DNA of 64,000 nucleotides, taken from IMG/VR virus record IMGVR_UViG_3300021387_000299, positions 96,001 to 160,000 of that record, one strand, 5' to 3'. The DNA is from a virus (lineage: Duplodnaviria; Caudoviricetes). The notes beneath the pieces were generated by a model, which was not told the origin of the DNA, searched no databases, and worked only from the letters and a program-made list of their open reading frames with translations. The position numbers and the translations under genes are program-made. This document shows positions 48,996-57,389 of the stretch, in pieces (position 1 is the first letter of the stretch; each line of letters begins with the position of its first letter).

Positions 48996-49688
48996 TCATC
49001 TCTGAGCCTTTCTCCAACAGTTATAGTATAAACCGTACTGCATGTTATACTTCTTAACATTTTTTACAATGTAGCGCAAGATTTCTGTTTCATCTTCTGC
49101 GTCACTTAATGCCGTGTGTTTTTCAACATAGTCATTCTTTCCTGTAATGAACCGATAACAAACTTCTGCATTTGTTTTAAAATTGCCTGCTTCAGAAATG
49201 TAGTGATTTTCTTCTGCAAACTGATGATACCGTTCAGTCTGCAAGATTGTTTCACATGCAAGGTTATAGATACAGAGCAGATTTTTACTCTTCTGATCAA
49301 GGACCTTTGCAAGATTCTGTTTTTCTCTATTGAACAGCTGTTCAGTGTATTTAATAGCTTTGTAGTCAAACTGTAAATTGTATGCGCTGATAGTTGTTAC
49401 TTTAAACTCTTTGATCAATTTCACAATTGTTTCTGAAATTTCTTTCCAATAAACAATCTTTTCAGTTTTCCGTGCCTGCTTGTAATCTTCTGAATACTGA
49501 TTGTAAAATTCTGATGTAGCAAGCATCCACCTTGCATCTCTGTGAAGTTCTCTAACTAAGAACCGATCTTTGTGTAAAATATTGAAATTTTTATCAATGA
49601 TTGTAAATCCAATGTCATGAACCAGCGGAGTCCCAAAATTGCCGATTGTTTCAGTATCAAGCACCATGATGTTGTTTCTTGTTCTCAT
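48996..49688 (-). CDS. DEDDh 3'-5' exonuclease (DnaQ-like)
   Basis: ExoI VLDTET, ExoII AYNLQFD, ExoIII HTALSDAEDE; its TGA stop lies inside a terminator hairpin. Confidence 0.85.
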   Translation of the reverse strand: MRTRNNIMVLDTETIGNFGTPLVHDIGFTIIDKNFNILHKDRFLVRELHRDARWMLATSEFYNQYSEDYKQARKTEKIVYWKEISETIVKLIKEFKVTTISAYNLQFDYKAIKYTEQLFNREKQNLAKVLDQKSKNLLCIYNLACETILQTERYHQFAEENHYISEAGNFKTNAEVCYRFITGKNDYVEKHTALSDAEDETEILRYIVKNVKKYNMQYGLYYNCWRKAQR

Positions 49689-50161
49689 TCTTATTACCTC
49701 TTTTCTATACCATTATTATAACAGTTCCAATTGAAAATGCAATACTTTTTTTAATATTTTTTTAAGGGGAGTTAGCTACCGCTAACGACCGAAAATTATA
49801 CCACACTCACGACCAGAAGTCAAGAGGAAAATTGCGAAAAAATAGTTGAATTTTTCTAATTTCCCGGACGACTTTGTGAAAAAATTAGCAAAATTTTTTA
49901 TTGCAATTTTAAAAAATAAATTATATAATTATTATAGAAATAAGGGAGAGATAAAAAATGAAGAAAAAATTTATTGAGCATTACTTTAATGACTGTTTAA
50001 CTCAAGAAGATTTTGACTATCTTAGAAGTCTGCCTAAAGAAGAGGCTTTAGAACTCTATCAAGAAATTCAAAGAATGGAAATTCTTCTTTACTTAAGAGG
50101 TTGACAATCTAACCAAAAAGGTGTATACTAAAGATACAAAGAAAGGTAAGAGGTGATACAC

Positions 50162-50512
50162 ATGAAAGAACCGACAAAGAAAGACCGTTATGAACAGATT
50201 CTGACTTACGTTGCAGACAATGCTGAACTGGTAGCATTTGTCAACCATGAACTTGAATTGCTTGCAAAGAAGAATGCGTCAAAATCTGCAAAGCAGACCG
50301 ACAGACAGAAAGAAAACGCTGATCTGATGACCGTTATCTATGACGCCATGGAGAATGCAAAACAGTACAGAGTAACTGATCTGATTGCGGAAATTCACGA
50401 ATTGAACGGAATGAACACACAGAGAGTTGCTCCGATTCTGAAAAAGATGTGCGACAATGTGCTGGTCACCCGTGAAGTTGTGAAGGGTGTCGCTTACTTC
50501 ACAAAGATTTAA
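50162..50512 (+). CDS. Winged-helix protein (paralog of 54937-55290)
   Basis: Shares HELELL.KKNASK..KQT.RQKENADLMTVIYDAME...GMNTQRVAPIL..M.DNVLVTREVVKG.AYFTKI with its paralog. Confidence 0.75.
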   Translation: MKEPTKKDRYEQILTYVADNAELVAFVNHELELLAKKNASKSAKQTDRQKENADLMTVIYDAMENAKQYRVTDLIAEIHELNGMNTQRVAPILKKMCDNVLVTREVVKGVAYFTKI

Positions 50513-50584
50513 TCTCACAAAAATAGCGGATAGGGGTTGACAAAACCCCTATCCCATGCTATTATTATTACAGAAAGAGAGGTA

Positions 50585-50980
50585 ATGACAATGGCAAGAC
50601 GGACAGCCGAACAGACTGAAGCGTTGATTCAGAAACACATGAGAACATTACATTGCACTAGAGAAGAAGCGATTGATGTTATCAAGTGTGATGATGAAAT
50701 TGACGGCGGAAACACTGAATTATTTGCACTGACCGCTGATCAGAAAAAGATGGTTAGAAATCTCACGAAAGCGGATAGAGATCCTACGGTGAAAAGAGAA
50801 GTCAAAAGAGATAGAAAGATTGACGATGATAAGTTGAAAATCTTCACTGTCTTGAAAGAAGCCCTTGAAGGTGCAGAAATTGAAAATCTGTCATGCAAGA
50901 ATGAAGCAGAAATCAGTTTCACCTACAACGGCGCGGAGTACACCGTAAAGCTCACAAAGCATCGTGCAAAAAAGGCTTGA
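50585..50980 (+). CDS. Hypothetical protein (paralog of 55337-55708)
   Basis: Shares HMRTL.CTREEAI..I..D.E.D.G and Y T..LT.HRAK with its paralog. Confidence 0.75.
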   Translation: MTMARRTAEQTEALIQKHMRTLHCTREEAIDVIKCDDEIDGGNTELFALTADQKKMVRNLTKADRDPTVKREVKRDRKIDDDKLKIFTVLKEALEGAEIENLSCKNEAEISFTYNGAEYTVKLTKHRAKKA

Positions 50981-51078
50981 CAATAAGCCTTTTTTGTGCA
51001 TGGGAAATGATACACCTGGAGCTGTGGACATGATAGACAACGGAACCAGGTGTGCCGAAAAATTTTTTAAAAAAGTGC

Positions 51079-51184
51079 TTGACAAACGCTTGCGGATGTG
51101 GTATAATGGCCGGTCCGCTCGCGGCGCTTCTCTTTGCGAGCGGACCGAACTTTTATTATAACATACGATGCACATTTTTGTCAA
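51079..51184. repeat. Hairpin element copy 7, flanked by convergent promoters
   Basis: Plus strand TTGACA 51079 / TATAAT 51102; stem 51111-51147; minus strand -10 51155-51160 and -35 51179-51184. Confidence 0.85.
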
Positions 51185-52705
51185 GCAAAATATCAAAAAT
51201 AAATAAAAAAAGAATTTTCCTAAAATTCTTGACAGGTAAGCGATAAAGTGTTATTATTATTACAGATAAAAGGAGAGGTAACATGGATATTTCGGAAATT
51301 GAGAACAACCCTATTGCTATTGAAGCAATAAATCATTATTTATCTGAAGTGATTGCGCATAGTTATAAATGTCAGCATTGTTTTCTTTACCACCCTAAGA
51401 GAAACTATTGCCTTTATGCCTATGAATGTATTAAAGATGATTATTGTTTTTACAAAGAAGATGAATAAAAACTCTTGACAAACCAATAGCTAAATGATAT
51501 TATTATTACAGATAAAGAGAGGTAAGAAAAATGACGTTAACTTTAAGAGAAATTGCCCTTATCGTAGTATTCGCTGTATGGTATTTAAGTGCTTTAATCA
51601 GCAATTGGGATGATAACTATACATGGCATAATGCATTCTATGCTATCGTTCAGCCAATTGTACTTCCAACAATTGTGTGTGGAATCCTTTACATCTTATT
51701 CTTCTAAAATATTTCCGAAGGGGGTTGACAACCCCCTTCCAATAGGCTATAATAGTTAATGTAAAGAGAGGTAAAAGAAAATGATGTTTGAACCGTTAAT
51801 TAGTGGTGTTAGAGTTACAGGATTTAAAATTGAGTGTCCTATCAGTAGACGACTTGTCACTTTGCAGGAATGCATGGAAAAGTTTCATCGGCAGGAAACA
51901 ATGGATTTCGTTCTTGATACCTACCGTTTCACTTTGTGTGAAGATGGTGAATGGTGCGCAATCCTTGATTACGATGATCTCTATAAAATTGCAATCCTTG
52001 AATCTTATCCATGGTATGAAGAAGAACTGATTGAATATTTCGGTAAAGACTGGCTGAAATATTACATCAGATTTGAGCACTAAAAAAAATGTGGGTCGGA
52101 GCGATAAACTCCGACCCTTAGAAAAGTTTAAAATGGAATGGAATGTAGGTTTTCCCTACGATTTTATTATAACAAAAAATTTTTTTTAAGGCAAAAAATT
52201 TTTTATTGACATTTAAAAAAAATCTGTTATAATAATAATAGAAAGAGGGATAAAAAATTATGGATTTAGGAAAAGTTTTCACTAAAAAGTATGAAGAGTT
52301 TGAAAGAGCAAGTATTCAGACACTTGTTTCTCGTCATGTTACTGCTATGCAGTTAAGGGATGGCTACGATGCAGACGCGTATTTCCTGTCAAAGCTGGCG
52401 CTTCTTGAAAAATTAAATTATGACGTTGTAGAATTTAATGCCTTGATTATTAAGGAAAAAGAGCGCAGATATAATTGGGAAATTGAATGTGCTAAACGTG
52501 ATTACGATCGCTACAAAGATGTTTCTACTGAAGACCTTGGTCGCACCATTAAACATTGGGGTTCGGTTGATGGCCCGGGAGATTATGCAGCTCTTGGTTG
52601 TATGGAACGCGAACTTGAAATGAGACTGGAACCTCTTGACATTCGTAAAGCGTTATTCTTGTCTGATCTGTAAGAAGCTGAAAAAATCAGCTTTTTGCTA
52701 TTGAT

Positions 52706-52782
52706 TTGGCGAGACCTTTGCGGGCGTCCCTTGCGCAAAGGTCTCGAACTTCCATTATACCATACGACGCAAAAAATGTCAA
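52706..52782. repeat. Hairpin + leftward promoter element, copy 8
   Basis: Stem 52710-52746; -10 52754-52759; -35 52777-52782. Confidence 0.85.
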
Positions 52783-53231
52783 GAGAAAATGTTAAAAAAA
52801 ATAAAAAAAATAATTTTCCCAAAACTATTGACAATGAATAACCAATAGTCTATAATAGTTAATGTAAAGAGAGGTAAGGAAAATGACACTTGATGAAATT
52901 GCTAAAAAAGTTATTGAAAAGGCTCGGAATGACTGGAGAGACAGCGTTATTCAGAGTAGAATTACAGTTCTGAAAGCTATGGACAATGCTATTCGTAACA
53001 TGAATGATGAAGAAGCCTTGGAGCCTTGGCTGATGGGTGGTGTTCCGGATGAAGCTTGTGAAGAAGATTATGAGGATATCGCAAGCGACCATAACAGCTA
53101 CATTGAAGTAGTTGAATTATTTGCAAAGATTACAACAAACTACGCTAAAGAAGATTTCTAAAAAATGTAGAAGAAGGGGTTGACAACCTCAGCCCCTTCT
53201 GATACAATAGTTAATGTAAGGAGAGATAAAT

Positions 53232-53627
53232 ATGAAATTTGAATGGTCTTATCATTTAGATGGTGTTGTTAAGTTTAAGCCGTATCCTTTCTATGACAAA
53301 TCGTATGATACTTGCGCTATGTTCTACAATGAAAAAGGTGAAAACATTGTATTATGTTTTGACACCTGTCAGAATTGCTGTGAAGACTTTAATCTTGAAT
53401 ACAATAAAAATTTTCACAGAAAAGAAGTAATTTCTGAAACAGGAATTACTGTAAGTTGCCATAGAGTGAACAGATTCCGCTGTGAATGCGGTGAAAAATA
53501 TATCTTCTTTGTTGATACTGGTAAAAAGATATATCAGATTGCCGTATCAAATGATCATAATGGATATTATGGTCATTACGTAGGTGTTTCCAAAAATAAA
53601 GAATTTGTTTGGGAAACTTGCATTTAG
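53232..53627 (+). CDS. Phage hypothetical protein with CCE and HNGYYG motifs
   Basis: QNCCEDF and SNDHNGYYGH; own promoter and RBS. Confidence 0.65.
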   Translation: MKFEWSYHLDGVVKFKPYPFYDKSYDTCAMFYNEKGENIVLCFDTCQNCCEDFNLEYNKNFHRKEVISETGITVSCHRVNRFRCECGEKYIFFVDTGKKIYQIAVSNDHNGYYGHYVGVSKNKEFVWETCI

Positions 53628-54170
53628 GGGGTTGACAACTCCCCCTTCTTGCACTATACTATTATTGTAAAAGAGGTAGGTGCAATGAAGAACAACATCC
53701 ATAAGAAAATGACTCATGAAGATGAGTTTAGTCGTAAACACGCTTGTTGGGTAGAAAATAACCGCAAAGCTTGGCACTTTTGGAAACATAAAACCCGCAA
53801 AGATTTCCGTAGAAAAATAAAAAAAGTAGTTGACAATTCTATGGAATAGAGTATAATAATAATGTAAAAAGAGGTAAGAAAAATGGAATTGAAAAAGGTT
53901 ATTACATTGGGATTTAATCGCAAAGAATGGAATACCCTTCTTGATGCGGCCCGCCTGCTTGAAGATCTCGGTAAAGAACTTCAGAAGCTTGGTCCTAACG
54001 AAGATGTAACTCTCAGATGCTCGGAAAATGGCGTTGAATGCGTCTTCATTGCTTCCCAGCTCTACGAATTTTCCACCACGCTTGATCTTATCGCTGAAGG
54101 TGGCACGATCACTACTTCATAACCGCTCGAACTGACCACCCTCCTCCTCCTTGGGGTGGCAGTTTTTTAT

Positions 54171-54249
54171 TTGGCGGCTCGTCTGCGGGCGCATTCTGCT
54201 GCAGACGAGCCGAGTTCTCCATTATATCACGATCCGCAAATTTTGTCAA
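54171..54249. repeat. Hairpin + leftward promoter element, copy 9
   Basis: Stem 54175-54212; -10 54221-54226; -35 54244-54249. Confidence 0.85.
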
Positions 54250-54572
54250 GAAAAAATCAAAAAATTTTTTAAAAATTATTTTTCCCAAAATGCTTGACAC
54301 CATTATTGTAATGTAGTATTATTATTACAGATAAAGAGAGGTAAACAAAATGACGATAGATGAATTAAGTATCTTCTTTGATAACATTGAACATAATATT
54401 AGTCCAAACGCTGAAATTACTTTCCTTCAGTATGATAGCAGCGACAACAAAGCAATAGTTGATTACGTTAACAGTATCGGAGAAGAACTTCGCTATACTT
54501 GCGAAATTAATACTGATTAGACGCTCCAACCGCTGATCTACTCCTCCTTGGGTCAGCGGTTTTTTTATTGAT

Positions 54573-54650
54573 CCAGCGGACCCTTTGCGCGCGTATTTTG
54601 CGCAAAGGGTTCGAATTCTTCATTATACCACACGATCAGAAAAATGTCAA
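54573..54650. repeat. Hairpin + leftward promoter element, copy 10
   Basis: Stem 54577-54613; -10 54622-54627; -35 54645-54650. Confidence 0.85.
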
Positions 54651-54741
54651 GCAAAAATCTTGGCAAAAAAGTGCCAAAAATTTCTCCCAAAATTGACACT
54701 TTTCCTATTGCAATTGTCAAAAAAATCAGTATAATTATAAG

Positions 54742-54858
54742 TGTTAAGGGGATGGGGCAAGCCCCACGAACCGAGCCAAAGGGCGAGCACGTAAACCATG
54801 GTAAATCGTGCAAAGGGGAGTGGGATACAGGGCTGAAGTCACTCGCACAAATTTGCGA
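54742..54858 (+). ncRNA. Candidate structured ncRNA
   Basis: Follows a promoter similar to the one at 46.75 kb. Hairpins TGGGGC-AA-GCCCCA, GCACG/CGTGC and GAGTG/CACTC. Confidence 0.5.
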
Positions 54859-54936
54859 AACTTTAACCAAAACCCCTTGACACATTCTCCAAAATCTGCT
54901 ATACTATCTATGTAAGAAAGGAAAGGTGGTAACACT

Positions 54937-55290
54937 ATGGCAAACAAGCCGACTAAGCGCGATTTATTCGCAAGACTCCGCGTTCTCGCTGAGAACGATC
55001 CCGAACTCGTTTCTTTCATCGACCATGAGGTTGAACTCCTCAACAAAAAGAACGCGTCTAAGACTGGCAAGCAGACTGAGCGTCAGAAGGAAAACGCTGA
55101 CCTCATGACCGTCATCTATGACGCTATGGAAACAGGAAAGCAGTATACTGTTTCCGACCTTATCGCTGAGGTTCCTGCGCTCGCAGGCATGAATACTCAG
55201 CGTGTCGCTCCGATCCTCGGTAAGATGAAGGACAACGTCCTCGTCACCCGTGAGGTTGTGAAGGGCAAGGCTTACTTCACAAAGATCTAA
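54937..55290 (+). CDS. Winged-helix protein (paralog of 50162-50512)
   Basis: Sequence similarity to 50162-50512; strong codon bias; followed by a GC hairpin. Confidence 0.75.
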   Translation: MANKPTKRDLFARLRVLAENDPELVSFIDHEVELLNKKNASKTGKQTERQKENADLMTVIYDAMETGKQYTVSDLIAEVPALAGMNTQRVAPILGKMKDNVLVTREVVKGKAYFTKI

Positions 55291-55336
55291 GCCACTGAGG
55301 GGGCGAAAGCCCCCTTCTCCCCTCACTGAAAGGTAG

Positions 55337-55708
55337 GTGATACACTTGAACGAAAAACTCATTGCTCATCATATGCGCACGTTAAAATGCACGCGTGAGG
55401 AGGCCATTCAGTTAATTGCGGATGACAAGGAAACCGACCGCGGAATCCCGCATGAATGGGATTTAACCCCCGAACAGATGAGAAACGCTCGCAAACTTGC
55501 AAATGCGCATACGCGCAAAGTGACCGCCACCACTCGCACCCGCAAGGAGAATCCCACTAAGCAGGGCATTATCTCCGCTGTTCATCAGTGTGTGAGCGGT
55601 ATCACAGGGGCGCAGGATGTGCGGATTTCCAACGCTGAGCGCGCGGTGGATTTCATGCTTGACGGTGTCAGCTACACGCTCACCCTCACGGCACATAGGG
55701 CTAAATAG
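55337..55708 (+). CDS. Hypothetical protein (paralog of 50585-50980)
   Basis: Sequence similarity to 50585-50980; probable start is the TTG of MNEKL. Confidence 0.7.
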   Translation: MIHLNEKLIAHHMRTLKCTREEAIQLIADDKETDRGIPHEWDLTPEQMRNARKLANAHTRKVTATTRTRKENPTKQGIISAVHQCVSGITGAQDVRISNAERAVDFMLDGVSYTLTLTAHRAK

Positions 55709-55788
55709 CCCTATTTTTTTATGCAAAAAGCGCAAGTTAGTCTTGACTAACCGCGCCGAGCCGCTGCCCAGCGTAGCGGCTCGAATTT

Positions 55789-57345
55789 CCGATCGGTAAA
55801 CCCATATGGCAAATTTTTTTTCGGAAGTGCAAGGTACATATGGCACGCGGATTTTCCCAAAAATAGACCAGGGGCCGATCGGGTTTGTGAAATTTTTCAC
55901 GAACGATTAACCCGATCGGGCGAGCGCATATTTAGCCGCATATGCCGATTTTTTGACAAAAAATTGTCAAAAAACGCAATTTTCCAATAGAAAAACACAT
56001 AAAACACCATATTTTTAACTATTTTTTTGACATTTTTAATAATTTTTGCTATAATTATAGGCGTTTTTTATAAAAAAACGCCTTAAAATCATTAAAATTT
56101 GACATTTTTTATTAAAAATGTTATAATATAATGGGATTTTATATAAAAACCGATCGGAAATTGAAAATTTATTGTCAAAATTACTCCAAAAGTCAAGCAA
56201 ATTGTGCTGTTCCAGCTTAACCCGATCGGTTAAACGGCCAGCCGCATATACCTTATTACTATTGGACCTTTGGGGACTTTGTGAAAGTTCAAACTTTCAC
56301 AAAATTGTTTTATTTAAAAATATATGATATAATATTTATAGGGGGACCCTTCTCCCCGAACGGAATACCAATAAATAAAAAAAGAAAACCCTGGGTGCGC
56401 ACCAGGGTTTCTATATATTATAAACACTCATTCCGCCAAAGGCTGTTTTTAGAAAGGGAGGTAAACAAAATATCTACATCTTAACCAGTGCCCGGGCGCA
56501 CTCCAAAAGCACTAGCTAAAAAGAATTATTAATATTTAAGTCTATGATCGCTCCAGTTAACAATACTAATCCAATCATTTTCATTATCATCAGCATAAAA
56601 TTGATTGGGATCAACCGTCGTTGAACTTTTCTTTTGGTTACTAATCTGTTTTAAGAAATCCGCAATGATCTGCGCATCCTTATCTTCCTGCGGTGCTGGT
56701 GCGGTTCTACGTTTCGTATCAGTAGCTGCTTCCTTAGCTGCCTTCTGGTAACCTTTAATTCCATTCATCATGTCATCAACCGCATCAAGAACAGATTCAG
56801 TCATCTTATCATAACCCTCATCGGCCAGGCTCTTTGCTACATCTTCGCCATGCGCCATTTGGATATATTCCTTTAAGAAGTCTGTTAATGCTACTTTATA
56901 TCTGGATTCAAGTGCCTCTTCTAAGACTTTATCAATAGTGTGCACTAAATCCTTTTTAATATCCTCTGGAGTTCGACCATCATCCATCCAGTCAGTAACC
57001 CAGTCATAAATCTCATCTTTTACATAAGTACTCATATTTCTTTTCACCATTCCTTACTTACATATATATTATACAATAATTTTTTTATTTTTGCAACCGT
57101 ATTACATAAAATTTTCTTGTCCGATCTTATATTGACTTATAAAAATTTTTTTGTAGATCTGTTCCAAAAGTAGAATTGAATTTGCTTCCAGAATTTTCAA
57201 ACGAATTTTCATTTCGTTCCTTGGATTGTTGCGGGGATGCGGACCTGGGAGTTTACCGACCGGGTTTACACTAGGGTATACCCCGGTTTCGGTCGAGTTT
57301 TCAAAATCTCTACTTGACAACTTCAAAATTTTTTATCCCGATCGG
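55789..57345. repeat. CCGATCGG palindrome, 6 copies around the transcription-convergence region
   Basis: 55789, 55875, 55912, 56150, 56222 and 57338. Confidence 0.8.
56529..57050 (-). CDS. Hypothetical protein
   Basis: 173-aa ORF with an upstream minus-strand promoter at ~57068-57097. Confidence 0.65.
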   Translation of the reverse strand: MVKRNMSTYVKDEIYDWVTDWMDDGRTPEDIKKDLVHTIDKVLEEALESRYKVALTDFLKEYIQMAHGEDVAKSLADEGYDKMTESVLDAVDDMMNGIKGYQKAAKEAATDTKRRTAPAPQEDKDAQIIADFLKQISNQKKSSTTVDPNQFYADDNENDWISIVNWSDHRLKY

Positions 57346-57389
57346 CGGCCACCCCACTCACCCAAAAGTTAACAAAAGTAATCCTAATT

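Larger units (their letters stand above)
39050..55710 (+). other. Array of small early-type genes, most with their own TTGACA-N17-TATAAT/TATACT promoter and a conserved AATGTAAAGAGAGG leader
   Basis: Examples: 39112-39420, 39637-39822, 39890-40066, 40344-40559, 40628-40759, 40867-41079, 41297-41482, 41762-41965, 42008-42190, 42760-42936, 43353-43538, 43936-44178, 44239-44499, 45067-45294, 45522-45752, 48507-48794, 51283-51468, 51781-52083, 52260-52673, 52883-53161, 53883-54122. Confidence 0.8.
36746..55751. repeat. Dispersed palindrome GTTAG-N6-CTAAC, 9 copies
   Basis: Starts at 36746, 38855, 38929, 39488, 40164, 40189, 41134, 49771 and 55736; all intergenic. Confidence 0.85.
39451..56302. 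repeat. Dispersed palindrome TTGTGAA-N10-TTCACAA, 4 copies
   Basis: 39451-39474, 40124-40147, 41104-41127 and 56279-56302. Confidence 0.85.

Noticed and set aside
36900-55700. Whole genome in code 4 (Mollicute-type host)
   Set aside because: Early genes end on TGA, mostly within their terminators, and use TGG for Trp.
36700-56300. CRISPR array or integron
   Set aside because: The repeats are dispersed at irregular gene-sized intervals, are not identical direct repeats with uniform spacers, lack attC R-boxes, and no cas or integrase gene is visible.
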